A stretch of 64,000 bases of DNA from Macrostomum lignano (Eukaryota). The DNA lies in contig NIVC01001238.1 of assembly GCA_002269645.1 (NCBI GenBank), forward strand, positions 248,001 to 312,000. Reading direction: 5' to 3'. The position numbers and the translations under genes were made by a program. This document shows positions 1 through 12,240 of this stretch, piece after piece; position 1 is the stretch's first letter; every line of letters starts with the position of its first letter. Below the pieces are notes generated by a model. It was not told where the DNA came from. It made no database searches and saw only the letters and a list, made by a program, of their open reading frames with translations.

Positions 1-359
1 CCAAGCAATGAGCAACTTGGTCATTATTGCATTAACCAAGTATTTCTATGCAATGACTGGGTATGATGCATTATAAAATTATACACTTGCACTTGAGTAT
101 TTTTGCATTTTTATTTAGTGTATTTTAACTTGTTTTTGATTCACCATTTTATTGCTTCTGTGACTTTTAAACTGTGCCTTTTATAAAATGAAAATATAAA
201 TCATAAATTACATTGAACCATGTTTAGAAGCCTACTAAATAGCTTCTCTTTCATATCAATATTGCCTGAAACGAAACAAAAGAGTGCTGTAATATTTTTA
301 GTCATTTTTCTTTTAAACAACTGTGATTGCAATGGCAACAGCATTTCTTAAATGATCTT

Positions 360-560
360 GGGCAAGATGTCTTCTGCAAGTCATCTGGAAGATGTCTTTA
401 AGTAGATTTTAAGATGTCTTGAAGATGTCTGAAGACGTCTTCAAGTTATCTCTAAGTTGTCTACAAGTGTTGCAAGGAGCCAATTTTTAGACCGAATTAA
501 GTCAATTGTAAGATGTCTTGAAGACATCTTTCTGTCTTATGCAAGACATCTTTAAGACAT
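360..560. repeat. Cluster of AAGATGTCTT/AAGACATCTT direct and inverted repeats (MITE/foldback-like subterminal region)
   Basis: Several copies of AAGATGTCTT, including the perfect inverted repeat AAGATGTCTT-G-AAGACATCTT at 510-530. Confidence 0.5.
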
Positions 561-581
561 AATTAAGCCAACTTTTTTTGA

Positions 582-951
582 TCGGCCGTTTACGTCGGCG
601 CTAGGGCCTCGGACGCCGAGAAGATGAACGCGCTGCAGTATGGTCATGTGAGTGACTGCTCGAGTTTGAGATAGCTGTTGTGAAGTTAGATTGTGCGGTT
701 GGCGGGGGGCTGTGGGCGCTCATTTCCCTGACCCCTGAGCTCTGTGCCTTTGGAGTTCAAAGTCAGAGTTAGATGCATTACCCGCTGAGCTAATCTACAC
801 CCCAGAGTTTAAGATGATCTGGGCTCTCTACTAACACTTGGTCCATTTCGAATCGCAGGACTACCTGAAGACCACGCAGCACCCCCTGATTCCGATGACG
901 GCCTGCCGCGGCAACAAGAAGAACCCGCAGATGGAGAAGGTCCTGGACTGA
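582..951 (+). CDS. Gelsolin/severin-like actin-binding protein, C-terminal two exons (partial)
   Basis: Exon 582-647 (SAVYVGARASDAEKMNALQYGH), GTGAGT donor at 648, CAG acceptor ending 858, exon 859-951 (DYLKTTQHPLIPMTACRGNKKNPQMEKVLD*). VYVG..AS..EK..ALQY.H.YL..T.HPLIP resembles the last domain of 3-domain invertebrate gelsolin-like proteins (recalled family pattern, not a search). AATAAA at 1309-1314. Confidence 0.7.
690..805 (-). mobile_element. Degenerate tRNA-derived SINE head in gelsolin intron
   Basis: Minus strand TAGCTCAGCGGGTAATGCATCTAACT is A-box-like and resembles the SINE head at 56640-56759. No clear B box. Confidence 0.35.
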
Positions 952-2352
952 TCGCTAACGAATCCTACTAATAGTAGTAATAACAAGAACAAGACTGCTC
1001 GCTTCCTATGCGAACCCATGCAGCGCTAATCCGTACCCGTAGTTGAACAGCTGCCTGCATTTAAACCTTAAATGCACCGTCTGTTTAGTACTTATGACAT
1101 TTAATCCGCTGAATATCTTCTGATTATAGTTAAAAATTCAGATTTAGTAATATAGATTTAACCCTACGTGTGCTTTGCCTTAATTATAATGATCAGCTGA
1201 CAGCAGGTCTCACTAAACTTTTTAGTCGGTTTTCAATGCTCTGCAATCAGCAATTTCAAACAATTTTAATCTTGTTTATCAGCTCTTATTAAATAATCTG
1301 GAAACATTAATAAACACGTGGTGCGAGTTAATTACCGCATAAAATACCACTGCTGAAGGATTTTATATTTGTCACCTGCTGCGTTTGGTTAGAAATTGAT
1401 TTTCAATTTCAAGGACCAAGGACAGTGGTCATTGGGACACCATTTCTGCAAAATGCATTGGCTCACATTCTCGAGTTCTCCTTCTCTTTCGAGATCCGAG
1501 GCTCGCATCTCCTTGGCGCATTTTCTACCTGACTTGGGCCTTCAAATAAATATGATTATTTCGAGGTGTTGTCAACTGTGCTCCTTGCTGCTGAATTGTA
1601 GTGTAATTTTAACTACTAACTCCTCAAGGATCTATCAGGACTCGAGCTGACGTTCTCACATACATCTGGAAGTCTGAAAAAGATGCCTGTCACAGTCCCA
1701 AAATTCAATGATGATGAGACACTTCCAAGCCACATCATGATTCCAGCCTCCAGTCTGCTTCTAGCCTTTTTCCCGGAACCGCTTGAAGTCACGAACTGTT
1801 TCATTCGAGACTGCACTCACTTTATTGGAGTTCCTCAAACACGAATCACCTGGTCAGTGTGACCCGATCTCCAGCGGTGCGCGTGTGCCCAGCTAGAAGC
1901 CCCTGGATATCTGTTCATGCCATCATGCGTCAGTCTTCCCCGAACTGATCGGGAAGGTGTAATTTTTTTTGGATTATAAGCGCCAAATTTCGTTAAGTCA
2001 CGCCAAACGGAATGCCGATCGCGCCGATGTCTCTGATCGAAGGGCTCCGTCTAGTAAAGAAATCTCTCCTACTGCTGGGACTCGTTTTTCATCTTCAAAA
2101 TTTCATTTCTGTCAAAGCCTCTAAGATTTGTGCTCGCTAAAAAACAGCTTCTTTTGCGCCAGCTAGCATTGAAAATTACGCAATATACATGAAGTTAAAT
2201 GACGAAAACTGTTTGCACTCGATAGCATTGACTATTTTTGGCTGACACCAGAGTCAAAAATCTTTCATTGCCACGCTACTTGTTACTGCGTCAATTATTA
2301 TGACGTCATTAAACAGCAGGTGATACAATATTTCTCTTTAGAGTTTAAATAC

Positions 2353-2359
2353 TATAAAA
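2353..2359 (+). promoter_or_regulatory. TATA box of the repeat-precursor gene
   Basis: TATAAAA about 75 nt upstream of the ATG at 2434. Confidence 0.6.
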
Positions 2360-2433
2360 GCAACCAGCTCTTGGGCTACAAATCGCCACTTTACACTCTC
2401 AGCAAATCTCCAACCGCATTCTCCAACTCTGCA

Positions 2434-4200
2434 ATGGTACTCAGACAGCCCGCCATACTAAGCTGTTTACTGGCCGTCATCGCTTGCTACATCATTACTA
2501 CTACAGCCGACTGCGAGGAAGTCAGCAATGCGAATAGGGTAATAATCAGGTATCCACCATCTAGATGGATCCGGTACGGAGGCAACGCCAAGAGCATGTC
2601 GAGACGGATCAGGATCGGAGGCAACGCCAAGAGCATGTCGAGACGGATCAGGATCGGAGGCAACGCCAAGAGCATGTCTAGAAGGATCAGGATCGGAGGC
2701 AACGCCAAGAGCATGTCGAGACGGATCAGGATCGGAGGCAACGCCAAGAGCATGTCGAGAAGGATCAGGATCGGAGGCAACGCCAAGAGCATGTCGAGAC
2801 GGATCAGGATCGGAGGCAACGCTAAGAGCATGTCGAGAAGGATCAGGATCGGAGGCAACGCCAAGAGCATGTCGAGAAGGATCAGGATCGGAGGCAACGC
2901 CAAGAGCATGTCGAGACGGATCAGGATCGGAGGCAACGCTAAGAGCATGTCGAGACGGATCAGGATCGGAGGCAACGCCAAGAGCATGTCGAGACGGATC
3001 AGGATCGGAGGCAACGCCAAGAGCATGTCTAGAAGGATCAGGATCGGAGGCAACGCCAAGAGCATGTCTAGAAGGATCAGGATCGGAGGCAAAGCCAAGA
3101 GCATGTCGAGACGGATCAGGATCGGAGGCAACGCCAAGAGCATGTCGAGACGGATCAGGATCGGAGGCAACGCCAAGAGCATGTCGAGACGGATCAGGAT
3201 CGGAGGCAACGCCAAGAGCATGTCGAGACGGATCAGGATCGGAGGCAACGCCAAGAGCATGTCGAGAAGGATCAGGATCGGAGGCAACGCTAAGAGCATG
3301 TCGAGACGGATCAGGATCGGAGGCAACGCCAAGAGCATGTCTAGAAGGATCAGGATCGGAGGCAACGCTAAGAGCATGTCGAGACGGATCAGGATCGGAG
3401 GCAACGCCAAGAGCATGTCGAGAAGGATCAGGATCGGAGGCAACGCTAAGAGCATGTCGAGACGGATCAGGATCGGAGGCAACGCCAAGAGCATGTCGAG
3501 AAGGATCAGGATCGGAGGCAATGCCAAGAGCATGTCGAGAAGGATCAGGATCGGAGGCAACGCCAAGAGCATGTCGAGAAGGATCAGGATCGGAGGCAAC
3601 GCTAAGAGCATGTCGAGACGGATCAGGATCGGAGGCAACGCCAAGAGCATGTCGAGACGGATCAGGATCGGAGGCAACGCCAAGAGCATGTCGAGAAGGA
3701 TCAGGATCGGAGGCAACGCCAAGAGCATGTCGAGAAGGATCAGGATCGGAGGCAACGCCAAGAGCATGTCGAGACGGATCAGGATCGGAGGCAACGCCAA
3801 GAGCATGTCGAGAAGGATCAGGATCGGAGGCAACGCCAAGAGCATGTCGAGACGGATCAGGATCGGAGGCAACGCCAAGAGCATGTCGAGAAGGATCAGG
3901 ATCGGAGGCAACGCCAAGAGCATGTCGAGACGGATCAGGATCGGAGGCAACGCCAAGAGCATGTCGAGACGGATCAGGATCGGAGGCAACGCCAAGAGCA
4001 TGTCGAGACGGATCAGGATCGGAGGCAACGCCAAGAGCATGTCGAGACGGATCAGGATCGGAGGCAACGCCAAGAGCATGTCGAGACGGATCAGGATCGG
4101 AGGCAACGCCAAGAGCATGTCGAGACGGATCAGGATCGGAGGCAACGCCAAAAGCATGTCGAGACGGATCAGGATCGGAGGCAACGCCAAGGGTATCTAA
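2434..4200 (+). CDS. Secreted precursor protein with 41 tandem GGNAKSMSRRIRI repeats (588 aa)
   Basis: ATG at 2434 (gcaATGg) gives a hydrophobic signal peptide (MVLRQPAILSCLLAVIACYIITTTADC), a short pro-region, 41 x 13 aa, then GGNAKGI*. Unit variation is almost all synonymous (CGG/AGG, GCC/GCT, TCG/TCT, AAC/AAT, AAG/AAA), with one N>K at 3091-3093. Confidence 0.85.
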   Translation: MVLRQPAILSCLLAVIACYIITTTADCEEVSNANRVIIRYPPSRWIRYGGNAKSMSRRIRIGGNAKSMSRRIRIGGNAKSMSRRIRIGGNAKSMSRRIRIGGNAKSMSRRIRIGGNAKSMSRRIRIGGNAKSMSRRIRIGGNAKSMSRRIRIGGNAKSMSRRIRIGGNAKSMSRRIRIGGNAKSMSRRIRIGGNAKSMSRRIRIGGNAKSMSRRIRIGGKAKSMSRRIRIGGNAKSMSRRIRIGGNAKSMSRRIRIGGNAKSMSRRIRIGGNAKSMSRRIRIGGNAKSMSRRIRIGGNAKSMSRRIRIGGNAKSMSRRIRIGGNAKSMSRRIRIGGNAKSMSRRIRIGGNAKSMSRRIRIGGNAKSMSRRIRIGGNAKSMSRRIRIGGNAKSMSRRIRIGGNAKSMSRRIRIGGNAKSMSRRIRIGGNAKSMSRRIRIGGNAKSMSRRIRIGGNAKSMSRRIRIGGNAKSMSRRIRIGGNAKSMSRRIRIGGNAKSMSRRIRIGGNAKSMSRRIRIGGNAKSMSRRIRIGGNAKSMSRRIRIGGNAKSMSRRIRIGGNAKSMSRRIRIGGNAKSMSRRIRIGGNAKGI

Positions 4201-4737
4201 GCTTGTAGCAGTTTGTGAAGTTCTGCAATCCATGAATCCTATATACTAAAAATGAGTTGTTTGTTTGTACGCAATCGATTAGAGAAAAAATGGCTGGACC
4301 GATTTTCTTCGAACTTGCACTGTTCGATCAGAAATTTTCCTGGGACGGTACATGCATCTTGGCTAAGAAATTGCTCCATGTTAAAGCGATTAAATATTCG
4401 AAAAACATGCTTTTTTGCAAAGGTCAAGCAAACTTTTCGACTTGAAATGCATTGTAAGAATGCTAGAGAAAAAACTGACTGGTTGAATTCTGATTCTGAA
4501 ATAGATTACATCATAACTGAATTGTAACTCCGACTTGAATTGCGTCACAGTATTGAAAATGCAGTGTGGAAGCGTAGCACCAGACTTTATTTAGATTGCG
4601 CAACAATATTGTTAACTGATACTGACTGACTGAGAAATTGATTATGTAATAACTGCCTCGTGTGATTTACTCTATGCTTGGAGTTTTGAAACTTATAATT
4701 ATAAGTGCTGAATTCATGTTATCAAAACGATGAGAGC

Positions 4738-4791
4738 TAGCCTAGAGGTAAACAGACTGAACTGCTAAATGCAGAAACGATGGTTCGAATT
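4738..4791 (+). promoter_or_regulatory. tRNA-like Pol III A/B-box module inside H1
   Basis: A box TAGCCTAGAGG 4738-4748, B box GGTTCGAAT 4782-4790, T-run immediately after. Confidence 0.5.
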
Positions 4792-4847
4792 TTTAGAGAG
4801 TAGAGTTTTTTTAATTAAAGCTTTTTAACGCCAGGAAAACTAAAAAA

Positions 4848-7800
4848 ATCATAAAAGCGTCATGTAAAAAATCATAGAAGCGTCATGTAAAAAGCATAGA
4901 AGTGTCATGTAAAAAATCGTGGAAGCATCATGTAAAAAGCATAGAAGCGTCATGTAAAAAATCATAGAAGCGTCATGTAAACAATCATAGAAGCGTCATG
5001 TAAACAATCATAGAAGCGTCATGTAAACAATCATAGAAGCGTCATGTAAAAAATCGTAGAAGCGTCATGAAAAAATCATTAAAGCGTCATGTAAAAATCA
5101 TAGAAGAGTCATGTAAAAATCATAGAAGCATCGTGTAAACAATCATAGAAGCGTCATGTAAAAAATCGTAAGAGCGTAATATAAAAATCATAGAAGCGTC
5201 ATTTAAAAAATCATAGAGGCGTCATATAAAAATCAAAAAAACGTCATTTAAAAAATCATAGAAGCGTCATGTAAACAATCATAGAAGCGTCATGTAAACA
5301 ATCATAGAAGCGTCATGTAAAAAATCATAGAAGCGTCATGTAAACAATCATGGAAGCGTCATGTAAACAATCATAGAAGCGTAATGTAAAAATCATAGTA
5401 GCGTCATGTAAAAAATCATAGAAGCGTCATGTAAAAAGCATAGAAGCGTCATGTAAAAAATCATAGAAGCGTCATGTAAACAATCATAGAAGCGTCATGT
5501 AAAAATCATAGAGGTGTCATGTAAAAATCATTGAAGCGTCCTGCAGAAATCGTAGAAGCGTCATGAAATAATCATAGAAGCGTCATGTAAAAAATCAAAG
5601 AAGCGTCATGTAAAAAATCATAGAAGCGTCATGTAAAAAATCATAGAAGCATCGTGTAAACAATCATAGAAGCGTCATGTAAAAAATCATAGAAGCGTCA
5701 TGTAAAAAATCATAGAAGCGTCATCTAAAACATCATAAAAGCGTCATGTAAAAAATCGTAGAAGCGTCATTTAAAAAATCATAGAAGCGTCATATAAACA
5801 ATCATAGAAGCGTCATGTAAACAATCATAGAAGCGCCATGTAAACAATCATAGAAGCGCCATGTAAACAATCATAGAAGCTTCATGTAAACAATCATAGA
5901 AGCGTCATGTAAACAATCATAGAAGAGTCATGTAAAAAATCATAGAAGCGTCATGTAAAAAATAATAGAAGCGTCGTGTAAACAATCATAGAAGCGTCAT
6001 GTAAACAATCAGAGAAGCGTCATGTAAAAAATCATAAAAGAGTCATGTAAAAAATCGTAGAAGCGTCATATAAAAATCATAGAAGCGTCATGTAAAAAAT
6101 CATAGAAGCGTCATGTAAACAATCATAGAAGCGTCATGTAAACAATCATAGAAGCGTCATGTAAGAAATCATAGAAGCGTCATGTAAAAAATCGTAGAAG
6201 TGTCATGTAAAAAATCGTGGAAGCATCATGTAAAAAGCATAGAAGTGTCATGTAAAAAATAATAGAAGCGTCGTGTAAACAATCATAGAAGCGTCATGCA
6301 AACAATCAGAGAAGCGTCATGTAAAAAATCATAAAAGAGTCATGTAAAAAATCGTAGAAGCGTCATATAAAAATCATAGAAGCGTCATTTAAAAAATCAT
6401 AGAAGCGTCATGTAAACAATCATAGAAGCGTCATGTAAACAATCATAGAAGCGTCATGTAAACAATCATGGAAGCGTCATGTAAGAAATCATAGAAGCGT
6501 CATGTAAAAAATCGTCATGAAGTGTCATGTAAAAAATCGTGAAGCATCATGTAAAAAGCATAGAAGTGTCATGTAAAAAATCATAGAAGCGTCATGTAAA
6601 CAATCATAGAAGCGTCATGTAAACAATCATAGAAGCGTCATGTAAACAATCATAGAAGCTTCATGTAAAAAATCGTAGAAGCGTCATGAAAAAATCATTA
6701 AAGCGTCATGTAAAAATCATAGAAGCGTCATGTAAAAAATCATAGAAGCATCGTGTAAACAATCATAGAAGCGTCATGTAAAAAATCGTAAGAGCGTAAT
6801 ATAAAAATCATAGAAGCGTCATTTAAAAAATCATAGAGGCGTCATATAAAAATCAAAAAACGTCATTTAAAAAATCATAGAAGCGTCATGTAAACAATCA
6901 TAGAAGCGTCATGTAAACAATCATAGAAGCGTCATGTAAAAAATCATAGAAGCGTCATGTAAACAATCATGGAAGCGTCATGTAAACAATCATAGAAGAG
7001 TCATGTAAAAAATCATAGAAGCGTCATGTAAAAAATCATAGAAGCGTCATGTAAACAATCATAGAAGCGTCATATAAAAAATCATAGAAGCGTCATGTAA
7101 AAAATCATAGAAGCGTCATATAAACAATCATAGAAGCGTCATGTAAACAATTATAGAAGCGTCATGTAAAAATCATAGAAGCGTCATGTAAAAAATCATA
7201 GAAGCGTCGTGTAAACAATCATAGAAGCGTCATGTAAAAAATCATAGAAGCGTCATGTAAAAAATCATAGAAGCGTCATCTAAAACATCATAAAGCGTCA
7301 TGTAAAAAATCGTAGAAGCGTCATTTAAAAAATCATAGAAGCGTCATATAAACAATCATAGAAGCGTCATGTAAACAATCATAGAAGCGCCATGTAAACA
7401 ATCATAGAAGCGTCATGTAAACAATCATAGAAGCGTCATATAAAAATCATAGAAGCGTCATTTAAAAAATCATAGAAGCGTCATGTAAACAATCATAGAA
7501 GCGTCATGTAAACAATCATAGAAGCGTCATGTAAAAAATCATAGAAGCGTCATGTAAACAATCATGAAGCGTCATGTAAAAAATTATAGAAGCGTCATGC
7601 AAACAATCATAGAAGCGTCATGTAAACAATCATAGAAGCTTCATGTAAAAAATCATAGAAGCGTCATGTAAAAAATCATAGAAGCGTCATCTAAAACATC
7701 ATAAAGCGTCATGTAAAAAATCGTAGAAGCGTCATTTAAAAAATCATAGAAGCGTCATATAAACAATCATAGAAGCGTCATGTAAACAATCATAGAAGCG

Positions 7801-10800
7801 CCATGTAAACAATCATAGAAGCGTCATGTAAAAAGCATAGAAGCGTCATGTAAACAATCATAGAAGCGTCATGTAAACAATCATAGAAGCGTCATGTAAA
7901 AATCATAGAGGTGTCATGTAAAAATCATTGAAGCGTCCTGCAGAAATCGTAGAAGCGTCATGAAATAATCATAGAAGCGTCATGTAAACAATCATGAAGC
8001 GTCATGTAAAAATCATAGAAGCGTCATGTAAAAAATCATAGAAGCATCGTGTAAACAATCATAGAAGCGTCATGTAAAAATCGTAAGAGCGTAATATAAA
8101 AATCATAGAAGCGTCATTAAAAAATCATAGAGGCGTCATATAAAAATCAAAAACGTCATTTAAAAAATCATAGAAGCGTCATGTAAACAATCATAGAAGC
8201 GTCATGTAAACAATCATAGAAGCGTCATGTAAACAATCATAGAAGCGTCATGTAAACAATCATAGAAGCGTCATGTAAAAATCATAGAAGCGTCATGTAA
8301 AAATCATAGAAGCGTCATGTAAAAATCATAGAAGCGTCATGTAAAAAATCATAGAAGCGTCATGTAAAAAATCATAGAAGCATCGTGTAAACAATCATAG
8401 AAGCGTCATGTAAAAAATCGTAGAAGCGTCATTTAAAAAATCATAGAAGCGTCATATAAACAATCATAGAAGCGTCATGTAAACAATCATAGAAGCGTCA
8501 TGTAAAAATCATAGAAGCGTCGTGTAAACAATCATAGAAGCGTCATGTAAAAATCGTAAGAGCGTATATAAAAATCATAGAAGCGTCATTAAAAAATCAT
8601 AGAAGCGTCATGTAAACAATCATAGAAGCGTCATGTAAACAATCATAGAAGCGTCATGTTAAAAATCATAGAAGCGTCATGTAAAAATCATAGAAGCGTC
8701 ATGTAAACAATCATAGAAGCGTCATTTTAAAAATCATAGAAGCGTCATGTAAAAATCATATAAGCGTCATGTAAACAATCATAGAAGCGTCATGTAAACA
8801 ATCATAGAAGCGTCATGTAAAAAATCGTAGAAGCGTCATGAAAAAATCATTAAAGCGTCATGTAAAAATCATAGAAGCGTCATGTAAAAAATCATAGAAG
8901 CATCGTGTAAACAATCATAGAAGCGTCATGTAAACAATCATAGAAGCGTCATTAAAAAATCATAGAAGCGTCATATAAAAATCAAAAGCGTCATTTAAAA
9001 ATCATAGAAGCGTCATGTAAACAATCATAGAAGCGTCATGTAAACAATCATAGAAGCGTCATGTAAAAAATCATAGAAGCGTCATGTAAACAATCATGAA
9101 GCGTCATGTAAACAATCATAGAAGAGTCATGTAAAAAATCATAGAAGCGTCATGTAAAAAGCATAGAAGCGTCATATAAACAATCATAGAAGCGTCATAT
9201 AAAAATCATAGAAGCGTCATGTAAAAATCATAGAAGCGTCATGTAAAAATCATAGAAGCGTCATGTAAAAATCATAGAAGCGTCATGTAAAAATCATAAA
9301 GCATCGTGTAAACAATCATAGAAGCGTCATGTAAAAAATCATAGAAGCGTCATGTAAAAAATCATAGAAGCGTCATATAAACAATCATAGAAGCGTCATG
9401 TAAACAATCATAGAAGCGTCATGTAAAAATCATAGAAGCGTCATGTAAAAAATCATAGAAGCGTCATGTAAACAATCATAGAAGCGTCATGTAAAAATCA
9501 TAGAAGCGTCATGTAAAAATCATAGAAGCGTCATCTAAAAATCATAAAGCGTCATGTAAAAAATCATAGAAGCGTCATTAAAAATCATAGAAGCGTCATA
9601 TAAACAATCATAGAAGCGTCATGTAAACAATCATAGAAGCGCATGTAAACAATCATAGAAGCGTCATGTAAACAATCATAGAAGCGTCATATAAAAATCA
9701 TAGAAGCGTCATTAAAAAATCATAGAAGCGTCATGTAAACAATCATAGAAGCGTCATGTAAACAATCATAGAAGCGTCATGTAAAAAATCATAGAAGCGT
9801 CATGTAAACAATCATAGAAGCGTCATGTAAAAATTATAGAAGCGTCATGCAAACAATCATAGAAGCGTCATGTAAACAATCATAGAAGCGTCATGTAAAA
9901 AATCATAGAAGCGTCATGTAAAAAATCATAGAAGCGTCATCTAAAACATCATAAAGCGTCATGTAAAAAATCGTAGAAGCGTCATTTAAAAAATCATAGA
10001 AGCGTCATATAAACAATCATAGAAGCGTCATGTAAACAATCATAGAAGCGCATGTAAACAATCATAGAAGCGTCATGTAAAAATCATAGAAGCGTCATGT
10101 AAACAATCATAGAAGCGTCATGTAAACAATCATAGAAGCGTCATGTAAAAATCATAGAAGCGTGTCATGTAAAAATCATAGAAGCGTCCTGCAAAATCGT
10201 AGAAGCGTCATGAAAAATCATAGAAGCGTCATGTAAACAATCATGAAGCGTCATGTAAAAATCATAGAAGAGTCATGTAAAAAATCATAGAAGCATCGTG
10301 TAAACAATCATAGAAGCGTCATGTAAAAATCGTAAGAGCGTAATATAAAAATCATAGAAGCGTCATTTAAAAAATCATAGAGCGTCATATAAAAATCAAA
10401 ACGTCATTTAAAAAATCATAGAAGCGTCATGTAAACAATCATAGAAGCGTCATGTAAACAATCATAGAAGCGTCATGTAAACAATCATAGAAGCGTCATG
10501 TAAACAATCATAGAAGCGTCATGTAAAAAATCATAGAAGCGTCATGTAAAAATCATAGAAGCGTCATGTAAAAATCATAGAAGCGTCATGTAAAAAATCA
10601 TAGAAGCGTCATGTAAAAAATCATAGAAGCATCGTGTAAACAATCATAGAAGCGTCATGTAAAAATCATAGAAGCGTCATGTAAAAAATCATAGAAGCGT
10701 CATCTAAAACATCATAAAAGCGTCATGTAAAAATCATAGAAGCGTCATTAAAAAATCATAGAAGCGTCATATAAACAATCATAGAAGCGCCATGTAAACA

Positions 10801-11190
10801 ATCATAGAAGCGCCATGTAAAAATCATAGAAGCATCGTGTAAACAATCATAGAAGCGTCATGTAAAAAATCGTAAGAGCGTAATATAAAAATCATAGAAG
10901 CGTCATTTAAAAAATCATAGAAGCGTCATGTAAACAATCATAGAAGCGTCATGTAAACAATCATAGAAGCGTCATGTTAAAAATCATAGAAGCGTCATGT
11001 AAAAAATCATAGAAGCGTCATGTAAACAATCATAGAAGCGTCATTTTAAAAATCATAGAAGCGTCATGTTAAAAATCATATAAGCGTCATGTAAACAATC
11101 ATCGAAGCGTCATCTAAAAATCATAGAAGCGTCATGTAAAAAATCATAGAATCGTCATGAAAAAATCATAGAAGCGTCATTTAAAAACTA
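4848..11190. repeat. 23-bp satellite array in H1 (consensus AAACAATCATAGAAGCGTCATGT), roughly 275 units
   Basis: Direct reading of tandem units; variant blocks recur as higher-order duplications. Confidence 0.97.
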
Positions 11191-11279
11191 ATGAAAGTGT
11201 CATTTAAAAAATTAAGAAGCATCATAGTAGAATAAAAGAAGCGTCATGTCAGACATGAAAGGTGTCATGGAAAAATTAA

Positions 11280-12240
11280 ATGCAGCTATAATGCTGTGCT
11301 GGGGAGAAAAACTGAGACGTCAAGGCTCTCAGAGAATAACTGAGATTACGGGGGGGGGGTTTCTGAGATGTCAAAGCAAAAGTCAGAAGCTAATTCAAAG
11401 TTCATGTACTTTACTCAATTTTTTTATTGCATTCTTTGTTGGCTCGCCACGGGAGGCGCTGATAGAAGAAGAGTCATGTAAAAAATAAAAGTAGCACTAT
11501 GTATACATAAAAGAAAAGTCATGTCGAAGTTAAAAGATTCATTTGGGAATTGCTACGATGTCAAAGCTTGGTGGAAATCGTTATAGTGCTGTGATTCTTA
11601 AAGAAGGAATCACTAAAATGTCAAGGCTTAGGGGAGAAGAATTGCTGAGATTTCAAGGCTTTATGTTGGGTTAAAGTTAGGTTTAGGTCAGGTGTGGGTT
11701 GAGGGTTATATTTTATCGAGTTTCAAGGTTAGCAGGGGATTTTTCAGATTTCAAGGTTTATGGGCGCCATCGCTGACATGTTAAGGCTTACGGGGGAATA
11801 GCTGAGATGTCAAGGCTCACGGGGGTATAAATGAGATTTCAAGGCTAAAGTCAGAAGCTACATGTAGTTTATTGAAAACTTTTTATTACATTATTTGATG
11901 CCTCCTCAGGGGAGGGATCGCTGATTAAAAAAGCGTAATGTAAAAAATAAAAGAAGCTTCATGTCGAAGTTAAGATATTCATTTGGGAATCCCTACGATG
12001 TCGAGGCTTGCAGGGAATCGCTATAATGCTGTAGTAGTGCTATAATGACTCTTAAAGAGAATTACTGAAATTTCAATGCTTTAGGGTTAGGTTAGGGTTA
12101 GGGTTAGAAGGTTGACAGATATTTTTATATTTCCAAGGCTTATTGGGGGCATGGCTGAGATGTCAAGGGGGGAAGTTGATATGTTAAAGCTTGTGGGGGG
12201 GAATTACTGACATGTCAAGGCTTACAAGGTTTGATAGGAG
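11280..12240. repeat. Degenerate GAGATGTCAAGGCT-motif repeats, internal ~450-bp duplication and short TTAGGG run in H1
   Basis: Motif recurs throughout; 11380-11640 resembles 11845-12070; TTAGGG-like run at 12081-12107. Confidence 0.7.

Noticed and set aside
1380-1960. Coding-like segment with short ORFs
   Set aside because: Stops in all frames and no recognisable family; possibly a decayed TE.
2320-2433. Longer start of the repeat ORF at 2320
   Set aside because: It begins at GTG upstream of the TATA box; the ATG at 2434 places the signal peptide at the N-terminus.
2467-4249. Antisense and alternative-frame ORFs over the 39-bp repeat
   Set aside because: Shadows of a stop-poor unit; synonymous variation fits only the GGNAKSMSRRIRI frame.
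4850-11190. A-run length differences between monomers as biological variants
   Set aside because: Indistinguishable from long-read homopolymer error.
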